Assembly: GCA_965250285.1 (NCBI GenBank)
Contig: OZ252299.1
Coordinates: 4,032,001-4,096,000, forward strand
Direction of reading: 5' to 3'
Length of the DNA stretch: 64,000 nucleotides
From: Myxococcota bacterium
Lineage (GTDB): Bacteria; Myxococcota_A; UBA9160; UBA4427
Part shown: positions 8,981 through 17,895 of the stretch, piece after piece
How the letters are laid out: every line of letters begins with the position of its first letter
Position numbering within the stretch: position 1 is the first letter of the stretch
Program-made: the position numbers and the translations under genes
The notes under the pieces: generated by a model
What the model saw: the letters and a program-made list of their open reading frames with translations, nothing else
Told to the model about the DNA's origin: nothing
The model's database searches: none

Positions 8981-10203
8981 CGCTTGGCCCCCGCGTTGTG
9001 CTTCGGAAGACCGAGCACGTGCTCGGCGACGATGTTCGCCTGCACCTGGCTGGTGCCGCCGCCGATCGTCGCCGAGAAGGCGTTGAGATAGGCACGCTGC
9101 CAGAGTCCGCCATCGACGGCCTCGGGCTCATCGATCCAGTAGCCGCCGCGGGCGCCCTGCATGGTGATGGCGAACTCGTTGAGCCGGCGTACGAACTCGG
9201 TGTTCATCAGCTTGCCCGAGAGCGGCAGCGACATCGGCCGATCCTGAACGAGCGGGCCGATGGCCGCCCGGGCCATCGAGAGCTGGATCCCGCGCCCCTC
9301 GATCATCAGCTCGACGAGCTTGTCGGCCACGACCGGGTCTTCAGCCGCGGGCCGTCCGCCGCGTCGGACGCGCCGAGCGAGGTCGATCGTGCCCTCGTGG
9401 TCGGGCACCGTGATCGAGAAGCCGCCCGCCTGGCCGCCTCGCGCGTTTCGCTCGTACTCGAGCGTGCGCATCGCGACGGCCCAGCCCTGGCCCTCCTCGC
9501 CCATCAGGCAGTCGGCGGGGATCCGCGCATCGGTGAAGTACGTCTCGGTGAAACCGTACTCGCCCGTCAGCTTGCGAATCGGAACGGCCTCGACGCCTTC
9601 GACGGTCATCGGCGCGAGAAAGAACGAGAGCCCGGCATACTTGCTCGGCGCATCGGGGTTCGTTCGCGCGAGCAGGATCATGTACTTGGCGTAGTTGCCG
9701 TGGGTCGTCCACGTCTTGGTCCCGTTGATCACCCAGGCGTCGCCCTCGCGCACCGCGCGGGTCTGGGCGTTGCCGAGATCGCTGCCGTTTTCGGGCTCGC
9801 TGAAGCCCTGACACCAGATGTCTTCGGCCGACAGGATGCCCTTGATGTAGCGATGCCGTTCTGCCTCGCTTCCCATGTCGAGGATCAGCGGCCCGGCCCA
9901 GCTGAGGCCGATCGTATTCATCATGATCGGGCTGCCGTTGCGGCGCATCTCGTCGGTCGCGATGTCCTGGAACGCCTGATGCAGTCCGCCGCCGCCGTAC
10001 TCGGCGGGCCACGCCGCGCCGAGGTAGCCCGCTTCGTAGACGCGGCGCTGCCAATCGCGAAGAAAGTCGAACTGCTGGTCGGTGCCCACCTCCATGAAGG
10101 TGAGCGGGAGCATGAAGTCGGGCTGGGGTGGAACGTTCTCGGCAAACCACGCTGCGCACTGCGCGCGAAAGTCGTCGAGCTCGTTCTGGGGCGGTCTCGG
10201 CAT
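8977..10203 (-). CDS. Acyl-CoA dehydrogenase
   Basis: WPAEYGGGG, WCQGFSEPENGSDL, INGTKTWTT, TIGGGTSQVQANIVAEHVLGLP; start MPRPPQ at 10203. Confidence 0.93.
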   Translation of the reverse strand: MPRPPQNELDDFRAQCAAWFAENVPPQPDFMLPLTFMEVGTDQQFDFLRDWQRRVYEAGYLGAAWPAEYGGGGLHQAFQDIATDEMRRNGSPIMMNTIGLSWAGPLILDMGSEAERHRYIKGILSAEDIWCQGFSEPENGSDLGNAQTRAVREGDAWVINGTKTWTTHGNYAKYMILLARTNPDAPSKYAGLSFFLAPMTVEGVEAVPIRKLTGEYGFTETYFTDARIPADCLMGEEGQGWAVAMRTLEYERNARGGQAGGFSITVPDHEGTIDLARRVRRGGRPAAEDPVVADKLVELMIEGRGIQLSMARAAIGPLVQDRPMSLPLSGKLMNTEFVRRLNEFAITMQGARGGYWIDEPEAVDGGLWQRAYLNAFSATIGGGTSQVQANIVAEHVLGLPKHNAGAKR

Positions 10204-10309
10204 CGGGGATCCTCGGGCACCGGTCGGCGCGCAGCGCGTCGACCGGGCAGCGAACGTTACCGACCGCGCCGGGGCGTTCCCACTCCCCTTGGGCGACGCC
10301 GCGCGACTG

Positions 10310-11959
10310 TCATGGGCAGGAGATCGCCGCCCCGATCTCGCCTTCTTCGACCACCCCGTCGACGTTCGCGTCGTCGAATGAGAAGCAGCCCGAGCACTCG
10401 GCATCGCCGTGCAGATTGAAGTGGCCACCGACGCCGAGATCGACCAGGCGAGCCCCGTCGCGGTTCACGCTCACGTCCCCGAACACGAGACAATCGACCG
10501 CGCTGAAATCTTCGACGTGGACGTTCAGATTGCCGTGCACTTCGCACTGGGCGATCGACGAACGGCCGTTGTTTTGGTTGAAGCTCGCGTCGCCCAGCAG
10601 GCGAACCCCGCGCAGGCTGACCCGGCCCTCGTGTGCGTTCAGGTTGCCATCGACGACCGAGCGATCGGGCCCGAGCCCCAGCACCGCGACGTTGGCGTCG
10701 ATTCCGAGATTGAGGTCGGCCATCGCGGGCGCATCGGCGTTGTCGAGGACTTCGATCAGGGTGTCGAAGCCCGGCGCGTGCAGGTCGATGCTCGAAGTAC
10801 GTGCCGTGGCGTCGATCACGTCGGTTCCCGGGCCGGTCGCGTAGCAGAGCGTGTCGAAGCGCGCGTCGTCGACGTCGATGACATCGGCGACGGTGGTGCG
10901 ATCGCATACGCCCGCCCGGTCGTCGGCGCCGATGCAGCCGTCGCCGTCGACCTCGTCGGGACAGAACGCGTCGTCGACGCCCACCCAGTCGCCGTTCGAG
11001 TACACGACGACGTCCTGCTCCTCGAAGCCGGGCGGCTGATCCGAGCCCGGGCCGTCGCCGCCGCCACCGGGCGGATCCGTCGGCTCCGGCGGATCAGTGG
11101 GATCTGAGCCGTCGTCTCGACACTCGATCGATCCCGTCCGCTCCTCGGGCTCGACCCGATCGTCGCCGTTGCGGTCGTCGAACGAGTAGCAGCCCGAGCA
11201 CCGCGCATCGCCGTGCTGGTTGAAGTGGCCGCCGACGCCCAGACCGACGAGGGTCGCACCATCGCGGTTGATGCTGACGTCGCCGAACACGCGACAGCCC
11301 ACGGCGCTGAACTGCTCGACGTGCACGTTCAGGTTGCCGAGGATGCGGCAGTAGGCGATCGACGAGCGACCGTCGTTCGAGTTGAAGCTCGCATCGCCTT
11401 CGAGGGTGACATTGCGCAGGCTGACGTTGCCGCGGTGCGCGTTCAGATGGCCGCGCACGATCGACCGATCGGGCCCTGCTCCGAAGACGGCCACGTTCGC
11501 CCCGAGGTCGAGATTGAGATCGCCCCGCGCCGGTGAGCTGGCGTTCTCGTCGACCACGACGAGCGTGTCGCCGCGATCGCCGTACAGGTTGAGGCTCTCG
11601 TCGAGCGACGTCGCATCGATCACGTCGACCGCATCGCCGGTCGCGTAGCAGAGGACATCGAAGTGCTCGCCCGCCACCACGGCGACGTCGGCCACATCCG
11701 TGTCGGCGCAGGCGTCGGCGCGGGCGCCGGCGCCGACGCAGCCGTCGCCTTCGACCTGGTCGCCGCAGAAGTCGTCGTTCGACGCCGTGGAGAGGCCATT
11801 CTCGTAGTAGACGACCTCCCCCTGCTCGAAGCCAGGCGCCGAGATCACGCCGATGCCGCCCTCGTCGAGCAGCGGCTCGGTACACCCCGTACCGATCAGC
11901 GCAACGAGACCGAGAGGGAGGGTCAGCGTCAGAACGCGGCTCAGCCGCCTGGCCGTCAT
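10310..11959 (-). CDS. Putative lipoprotein with two tandem 239-aa Cys/Asp-rich, probable beta-helix repeats
   Basis: Lipobox-like LVALIGTGC; SD GGGAGG before ATG 11959; two homologous halves joined by a Pro/Gly/Asp linker. Confidence 0.8.
   Translation of the reverse strand: MTARRLSRVLTLTLPLGLVALIGTGCTEPLLDEGGIGVISAPGFEQGEVVYYENGLSTASNDDFCGDQVEGDGCVGAGARADACADTDVADVAVVAGEHFDVLCYATGDAVDVIDATSLDESLNLYGDRGDTLVVVDENASSPARGDLNLDLGANVAVFGAGPDRSIVRGHLNAHRGNVSLRNVTLEGDASFNSNDGRSSIAYCRILGNLNVHVEQFSAVGCRVFGDVSINRDGATLVGLGVGGHFNQHGDARCSGCYSFDDRNGDDRVEPEERTGSIECRDDGSDPTDPPEPTDPPGGGGDGPGSDQPPGFEEQDVVVYSNGDWVGVDDAFCPDEVDGDGCIGADDRAGVCDRTTVADVIDVDDARFDTLCYATGPGTDVIDATARTSSIDLHAPGFDTLIEVLDNADAPAMADLNLGIDANVAVLGLGPDRSVVDGNLNAHEGRVSLRGVRLLGDASFNQNNGRSSIAQCEVHGNLNVHVEDFSAVDCLVFGDVSVNRDGARLVDLGVGGHFNLHGDAECSGCFSFDDANVDGVVEEGEIGAAISCP
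10316..11032 (-). repeat. Intragenic repeat unit 2 (717 nt)
   Basis: PGFEEQDVV...AAISC aligns without gaps to unit 1. Confidence 0.85.
11120..11836 (-). repeat. Intragenic repeat unit 1 (717 nt)
   Basis: PGFEQGEVV...GSIEC aligns without gaps to unit 2. Confidence 0.85.
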
Positions 11960-11999
11960 CGCTTCGCCTCCCGTTCGAACGCGGCGTCGCCGCTGCCGA

Positions 12000-12215
12000 T
12001 CACGTGCCACCGGGCGCGCTGCCGTCGGCGTTCAGACCGCGCGCTGCGCGGTGGGCCATGACCTCGACTCGATACTCGCAGTCGACGCACTGGCGCATCG
12101 CTCGCTTCATGTTCTCGTTCTGAGCGCGCAGCCGATCGATCTCGTCCCGCAGCGCCTTCGGGTCTTCCTTCGCTTCAACCCGACCGAGGATCCGCCCGAG
12201 CAGACTCGCAATCAA
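12000..12215 (-). CDS. Small coiled-coil protein with CxxC motif
   Basis: LRDEIDRLRAQNENMKRAMRQCVDCEYR; TTG start overlaps the upstream stop (TTGA), alternative GTG 12230; fills the gap between same-strand genes. Confidence 0.65.
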   Translation of the reverse strand: MIASLLGRILGRVEAKEDPKALRDEIDRLRAQNENMKRAMRQCVDCEYRVEVMAHRAARGLNADGSAPGGT

Positions 12216-13039
12216 GCGCCCGGCTTCCACGTCATGCGCGCGGTACACGATGTCTCGGGCAGGTGCGGCTCGAACTCCATCCGCAGCGCCGTGTCCTCAC
12301 CGTTCATCAGGGCCTCGAACGCGCCCTTGCAGATCAGCAGGCAGCCCTCTTCGGGCAGCTTGTCGGGGTTCGGCAGATCCTCCTGTCGACCGCAGACGTG
12401 CCAGGCGCAGTCGGGGATCTCCATCGTCACCTTGCCGTGTGCGGGGTCGTACTCGCTGATCTTCGCCGGTCCGGTCAGGAAGCCGGCCGGGTTGAACATG
12501 TCGAAGACCAGAGACTGAAACCACGTCGGCTCGGTCGAGCCGTCTGCGGCGCGGCGCGTCTTCTGCTTCGTCTTGGCGGCGGGCTCCTTGGCCATGCCAT
12601 CCATCATCTCGAAGAACTCCGCCGAGTTCTCGCGGCCGAGCGCCGCGGCGGTCCCGACGACGATGTCCTCGTACTGCGCCTGGCTGAAGTGCTTGCGCAG
12701 CTCGAGCAGAGCCCACTCGGCTTCGCGCACGAAGTTGCCGTAGCGCTTGCGCCAACGTTCGCGTGGCGAGTCGAACAGACGGATCTTCTCGCGGCGCGCC
12801 TTGATGTCGGCCCAACCGCGGTCGACCACCTCGGGGTCGGTCGTCATGCGGAGGATCGGCAGAAACGTGTAGGGCACGAGCGGGCCTGCGCGATCGACGA
12901 GCATGCGCTTCGACATCACCATGTCGATCCACGCCTGGGGCCCCCAGTGGTACAGCAGCCCGCGCCCCTGCGACGCCGGGCCCGAGCGTGCGCTCGGCGC
13001 CGAGGCAGACTCGATGAGCGGTGCAGATTCGCTGGCCAT
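12212..13039 (-). CDS. Cys-rich protein resembling D27 beta-carotene isomerase / V4R-ATC-hydrolase fold
   Basis: FLTGP...MEIPDCAWHVC...EGCLLICK...MEFEPHLPETSC; SD GGGAGG; family match is by recalled motif only. Confidence 0.6.
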   Translation of the reverse strand: MASESAPLIESASAPSARSGPASQGRGLLYHWGPQAWIDMVMSKRMLVDRAGPLVPYTFLPILRMTTDPEVVDRGWADIKARREKIRLFDSPRERWRKRYGNFVREAEWALLELRKHFSQAQYEDIVVGTAAALGRENSAEFFEMMDGMAKEPAAKTKQKTRRAADGSTEPTWFQSLVFDMFNPAGFLTGPAKISEYDPAHGKVTMEIPDCAWHVCGRQEDLPNPDKLPEEGCLLICKGAFEALMNGEDTALRMEFEPHLPETSCTARMTWKPGA

Positions 13040-13225
13040 CGGGCACCTCCCGCGCCGCGAAGCGGCGCCTCAACGCCCTCAAGTTAGCAGTCGCCCGCGT
13101 GCCCGCGTCGCGGCCGGGCGAGCGAGGATACGCCTGGCCTCGGATCCGACAAATCAAGTGGCCGCACTCCATGCGCATGTCGAGACCGAGATCGCTGTGC
13201 GCACAAGAGGCCCGACGAGGCTGGC

Positions 13226-15232
13226 CTAGTCGTTCGATTCAGCGGGCGGCGGATCCGCAGCGGTCTCGATCAGCACGGCCCCCAGCCCGGCCTCGGCCAC
13301 GAGGAACCCACCCTGCTCGGTGAAGTGCACGCCGTCGTGCCGCACCGGCTCCGCGTCTTCCGTCGATTCGATGCGTGCGACGAGGCGGTCCAGGTCGAGC
13401 AGCACGACATCTTCGGGCCGCGCGTCGGCCACTTCGCGAAGCAGCTCGTTGAGGCGCAGACGCGCGCCCTCCCAATTCGCCTCGTCGTGCGGAAAGCGCC
13501 GCGGCTTCGGCATCGGCGGCGTCGTCAGCCACACGACGCGCGCTTGCTTCGACCGAAACGCGTCGATGTACCGGTGCACGCCATCGCGCAAGGCGTCGTC
13601 CAGCTCGGGGTCACCCAGCTGTCGAAACCCACCGGTGGTCGGATCGCGCACGCCGACCACGTCCCACTCGCCGAAGAGGACCAGCGCGATGCGCGGCCGG
13701 TGTCGCTCGAGGTAGTCGACCGCATCGGCGCGTTGGTCGAGGCAGCGTGCCCGCACACCCGCGTAGGGGCCGCGGGGGGAGATCCAGGGCGCGCTGTCTT
13801 CGCCCCGCCGATCGAGCTCGTCGATCCACGCCGGGCCGAGCACACCGCACCCGAGCTCGACCACGCCCGATGCCAGCGCGAGCTCGGGCGCCGACTCTCG
13901 GATCCACGCATCGAGGCCCCAGGCGAGCGACAACGCCGACGAATCGCCGAAGAGCGCGACGCGCGCGCGGGTGACCGGCGACCCGTCGGCGGGAATCGGC
14001 GTCGAGGCGCGCAGCTCGGCGGCGATCTGCGCCGGCGATGTGGGAACGACGATCGCGACGATCCAGATGATCAACGCCAGACCGAACGCACGCGCGGGAT
14101 TGCGGCCGAGCACACCCCGCCCGCGTCGAATCGGCTCTTCGAGCGTCGCATACGAGAGACCCGCGATCGCCAGCGTGAGCGGCGCGCACACGGCGAACCG
14201 CAACAGGGGCGAGAGCTCGGGCCAACCCGCGTCGAGCGCGACGTAGATCGGCCAGTGGACGAGGTACGCCCCGTACGAGACGCGACCGACCCAGACCAGC
14301 GGCGCGAGCGACAGCCAATGGTGCAGGGGGCCTCGACCGGCCAGACACCCTGCGATCCAGACCGCCGAGACGAGGGCGTAGCCGACGAACCCGCCGCGGT
14401 AGAGCCAGGCCGTCTCGAGGTCGACGAGCGACCACGCCGCGATCGCAACGCCCATCGCGATCAGACCGAGGCGCGGCCACGCGGCGTGCGCAGCGATCGG
14501 TCGCGTGCCGACCTGCACGCGCAGGCCGATCGCGAGCAGCGTCCCCATCAGGAGTTCGGGCAGGCGCAGACCCGTGCCGTAGTAGATGCGATCCCAGCTC
14601 TCGGGATCGCCGCCCATCCATGTCATCATCGCGAGGCTCGCGGCGATCCAGCCGACCGCGAGAACGACGAGGGGGCCGCGCGCTCTTGGCCTGCGGCACG
14701 CGATCCAGACCACAAGCGGGAAGACCGCGTAGAACTGTGCCTCGATCGAGAGCGACCAGAAGTGCTGCACCCACGAAGGCTGGCTGAACAGCAGGGTGTA
14801 GGCGTAGTCGCCCGACAGGAAGCGCCAGTTCGAAACCTGCAGCAGCGCAGAGAGCAGGTCGGTGGCGAGGCGCGCCCGCTGCGCCGGCACCGTGAAGGGC
14901 GGCGCAGCCAGCGCCAGCACCGCGATGACCGCCAATGACGCGGGCGCGAGCCTGCGAATGCGTCGTCGCCAGAAGGCGGCGAGATCGACGCGGCCGAGAT
15001 CGTCGACGTCACGCAGCAGCAGCTCGGTGACGAGCAATCCCGACAGCGTGAAGAAGGTCGACACACCGAGGAAGCCGCCCGACATGAAGTCGAAGCCCGC
15101 GTGAAAGAGCAGCACGCCGAGCAGACACGCGGCCCGGAGCCCGTCGAGCGCGGGCTCGTAGGCCCGGGCCTGTCGGGGTGCGCGACCGGGCGCGGCGCGC
15201 GATGCCTCGGCCAGCGGCCCGGCGTCGCCCAT
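13226..15232 (-). CDS. Acyltransferase-3 / SGNH fusion (OafA/OatA-like O-acetyltransferase)
   Basis: PALDGLRA, GGFLGVSTFFTLSG, HFWSLSIEAQFY, GRVSYGAYLVHWP; SGNH FGDS and DGVH. Confidence 0.92.
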   Translation of the reverse strand: MGDAGPLAEASRAAPGRAPRQARAYEPALDGLRAACLLGVLLFHAGFDFMSGGFLGVSTFFTLSGLLVTELLLRDVDDLGRVDLAAFWRRRIRRLAPASLAVIAVLALAAPPFTVPAQRARLATDLLSALLQVSNWRFLSGDYAYTLLFSQPSWVQHFWSLSIEAQFYAVFPLVVWIACRRPRARGPLVVLAVGWIAASLAMMTWMGGDPESWDRIYYGTGLRLPELLMGTLLAIGLRVQVGTRPIAAHAAWPRLGLIAMGVAIAAWSLVDLETAWLYRGGFVGYALVSAVWIAGCLAGRGPLHHWLSLAPLVWVGRVSYGAYLVHWPIYVALDAGWPELSPLLRFAVCAPLTLAIAGLSYATLEEPIRRGRGVLGRNPARAFGLALIIWIVAIVVPTSPAQIAAELRASTPIPADGSPVTRARVALFGDSSALSLAWGLDAWIRESAPELALASGVVELGCGVLGPAWIDELDRRGEDSAPWISPRGPYAGVRARCLDQRADAVDYLERHRPRIALVLFGEWDVVGVRDPTTGGFRQLGDPELDDALRDGVHRYIDAFRSKQARVVWLTTPPMPKPRRFPHDEANWEGARLRLNELLREVADARPEDVVLLDLDRLVARIESTEDAEPVRHDGVHFTEQGGFLVAEAGLGAVLIETAADPPPAESND

Positions 15233-15443
15233 CGTCTCACGACTCCTCGCGTCGGTGTGTCGTCGCGCAAAGGGGTGGCTGCGAGAGCGTAGCTTCGGAT
15301 GCGCCCGACCGAGCGAGCACGGGCTCGCGGCGAGTCGGGCCGACCCAGCGAGCGACTTCGCGCGCTTCGACCGGAGGGAACCCGCTCCGAACGGGTGCGC
15401 GCGTCGTTCTCGCTCGGCGGTGCGCGCACCGGGGCGCCGCGGC

Positions 15444-16061
15444 TCAACCCTCGTTCATCGCCTCGCCCAGCTCGCGCGCCTCGGCCGCATCGATCCCCAA
15501 CGCGCGCAGCCCGCGCTCGATCGCGCGCCCGATGGTGAATGCATCGGCCTGGCCTTCGATGATGCGCCGAATCGTCATCAGCAGCAGACCGAAGACCTGG
15601 TCGATGGTCGCATCGTCGGGGCCCGTCTCGAAGCGACCCTGGGCGTGTCCCAACGCCAGGTCTTCGCGCAGGTAGCCATCGATGTTCTGATGGACGTAGG
15701 GGCGGTGTACCAGCCGCAGCAGCACGCGCCCCCAGGTCGGATCGGCCTCGGCATGGCGCAGCACCCGCGTGCTCGCGATCGCGAAGCGCAGCGCGGGATC
15801 ATCGACGGGCTCGTTCGCGGCGTCTTCGGCCAGGGCGACGACGACGTCAGCCGCGAGCGCGTCGAGCAGCGATTCGCGATCGGGGAAGTAGTTGTAGAAG
15901 GTGCCGTTCGCGACGCCCGCCTCGGCCGTGACGTCGCTGACCGAGAGCGCCTCGCCCTTCTCGGCCAGCACCCGCAGGCCGGCCTCGACGAGGCCGCGGC
16001 GGGTCTTCTCTCGCTTGCGGAAGCCCCGCGTCGGGGGCGTGAGGTCGCTCTGGGTCGCCAT
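15444..16061 (-). CDS. TetR/AcrR family transcriptional regulator
   Basis: REKTRRGLVEAG...SVSDVTAEAGVANGTFYNYFPDRESLL. Confidence 0.92.
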   Translation of the reverse strand: MATQSDLTPPTRGFRKREKTRRGLVEAGLRVLAEKGEALSVSDVTAEAGVANGTFYNYFPDRESLLDALAADVVVALAEDAANEPVDDPALRFAIASTRVLRHAEADPTWGRVLLRLVHRPYVHQNIDGYLREDLALGHAQGRFETGPDDATIDQVFGLLLMTIRRIIEGQADAFTIGRAIERGLRALGIDAAEARELGEAMNEG

Positions 16062-16067
16062 GGGCGC

Positions 16068-16118
16068 ATCCTAGCCGAAAAATGAGATCCTTTTCAATAT
16101 TGACAATAGTCTCATTTT
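16068..16118. promoter_or_regulatory. Divergent promoters overlapped by a double TetR operator
   Basis: 40-bp dyad 16079-16118; TTGACA at 16100 (+); TTGAAA-N18-TAGGAT on (-) ending 6 nt before the tetR ATG. Confidence 0.7.
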
Positions 16119-16175
16119 ACGATGAACTCCATCGCGATGGCCGGCCTGCCCGTCGGCTCGGCCCGGAGGATCCCC

Positions 16176-17108
16176 ATGGCGCTCCACAGCTTCCTCGGCA
16201 TGCAGATCGGCGTGCCCACACCCGAGGATCTCGCGACGTTCTACGCCGGCCTCGGCCTCGAGGGTCGCGACGCGCGATGGGGCAGCGCCGACTGTCCCGA
16301 CCAGATCGAGATCGTCGAGCACCCCTATCGACAGCTGCGCACGCTGCGCGTCGGCTGCGATGCGGAGGCCGACCTCGATGCGCTCCGCGGCCGACTGCGC
16401 GGGCTCGGCATCGACAGCACGCAGCGCGAAGGGCGCGTGGTCTGCCTCGACCCGACGGGCACCTGGCGCATTCAGGTCGAGGTGGCCGAGCCCCTCACGC
16501 TGTCGTCGCCGCCCGAGCGCCCGCTCAATCGGCCGGGGTCGCGCGGTCGACCGAACGACCGGGCCGAGGTCGTGGTCGAGTCGACGCCGCGGCCGCCGCG
16601 GCGACTCGGTCACGTGGTGGTCGGCTCGCCCGACCCGCTCGGCACCGCCAAGTTCTTCATGGATGGGATCGGCTTTCGCCTGTCCGACGTCGTCGGCGGG
16701 CTGCTCACCTTCATGCGGTGTTCGAGCGATCACCACAACCTGCTGGTGATGCCGGCGCCCTGCCCCTACCTCAACCACTACGCCTTCGAGCACGACGACG
16801 TCGACGCCGTCGGTGCAGCGGCCCGTCGCTACCTCGAGGGTCAGACAGAACGTCACGTGGTCGGGATGGGACGGCACGTCGTGGGGTCGAACGTCTTCTG
16901 GTACATGAACGACCCCACCGGCACCATGTTCGAGCTGTTCAGCGACATGGACGACATCCCCGACGACGAAGCCTGGACGCCCGGTACCGATTGGGAGCTC
17001 GGTCGCTTCTCGTCGTGGGGCCCGCCGGAGCCGCCGCCCGAGTTCGTCGTGCCGGCCGATATCGAAGACATCGTAAAGGCGCACCAGGCGTCGATGGAGG
17101 CATCGTGA
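16176..17108 (+). CDS. VOC family protein, extradiol dioxygenase-like
   Basis: PRRLGHVV, FMRCSSDHHNL, NHYAFE, GMGRHVVGSNVFWYMNDPTGTMFELFSD; SD GGAGG. Confidence 0.88.
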   Translation: MALHSFLGMQIGVPTPEDLATFYAGLGLEGRDARWGSADCPDQIEIVEHPYRQLRTLRVGCDAEADLDALRGRLRGLGIDSTQREGRVVCLDPTGTWRIQVEVAEPLTLSSPPERPLNRPGSRGRPNDRAEVVVESTPRPPRRLGHVVVGSPDPLGTAKFFMDGIGFRLSDVVGGLLTFMRCSSDHHNLLVMPAPCPYLNHYAFEHDDVDAVGAAARRYLEGQTERHVVGMGRHVVGSNVFWYMNDPTGTMFELFSDMDDIPDDEAWTPGTDWELGRFSSWGPPEPPPEFVVPADIEDIVKAHQASMEAS

Positions 17109-17884
17109 ATCTCGGGATCGAAGGCAAACGGGCCATCGTCTGTGCATCGAGCCGCGGGCTCGGCCGAGCCTGCGCCGAGTCGCTCGCGCGCGAGGGCGTG
17201 CACGTGGTGCTGAACGCGAGGGACGCCGACGGGCTCGAGGCGACCGCGAGCGAGCTGCGGGCGGCGTTCGGCGTCGAGGTCGACAGCGTCGCCGGCGACA
17301 TCGAAGACGAGTCGACCCGCGACGCCCTCATCGCCGCGTGCCCGGCGCCCGACATCCTCGTGAACAACAACGGCGGGCCGCCGCCAGGCGCCTTCCGCGA
17401 CTGGGATCGCGATGCCTGGATCGCCGCGCTCGACGCAAACATGCTCGCCCCGGTGCTGATGATCCGCGCCGTGCTCGACGGCATGGTCGAGCGCCGCTTC
17501 GGCCGCATCGTCAACATCACGTCGGCCATGGTGAAGACCCCGCTCGCCCCGATGGGGCTGTCGACCGGGGCGCGCACGGGGCTGACTTCGGTGGCGAAGG
17601 CGCTCTCGAAGCAGGTGGCGCACGCCAACGTGACGCTCAACAACATCCTGCCCGAACGCATCGATACCGGTCGGCAGAAGCAGATGGCCGAGCTGCGCGC
17701 CCGCATCGGCGGCGTGACGATCGAGCAGGCCTACGACGAGATGAAGGCGTCGATCGCAGCCCAGCGTCTCGGTGAACCGAACGAGGTCGGCGATGCCTGT
17801 GCCTACCTCTGCAGCGCCCAGGCCGGATTCATCTCGGGCCAGAACCTGCAGCTCGACGGCGGCAGCTACGCCGGGCTCGTTTGA
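17105..17884 (+). CDS. Short-chain dehydrogenase/reductase
   Basis: GTG start overlapping the upstream stop; CASSRGLG, DILVNNNGGP, GQNLQLDGG. Confidence 0.9.
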   Translation: MNLGIEGKRAIVCASSRGLGRACAESLAREGVHVVLNARDADGLEATASELRAAFGVEVDSVAGDIEDESTRDALIAACPAPDILVNNNGGPPPGAFRDWDRDAWIAALDANMLAPVLMIRAVLDGMVERRFGRIVNITSAMVKTPLAPMGLSTGARTGLTSVAKALSKQVAHANVTLNNILPERIDTGRQKQMAELRARIGGVTIEQAYDEMKASIAAQRLGEPNEVGDACAYLCSAQAGFISGQNLQLDGGSYAGLV

Positions 17885-17895
17885 GGAGCAGACCC

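Noticed and set aside
15233..15443. Short hairpins in the tetR-acyltransferase spacer as REP elements
   Set aside because: Stems are short, expected at this GC content, and not repeated elsewhere in the window
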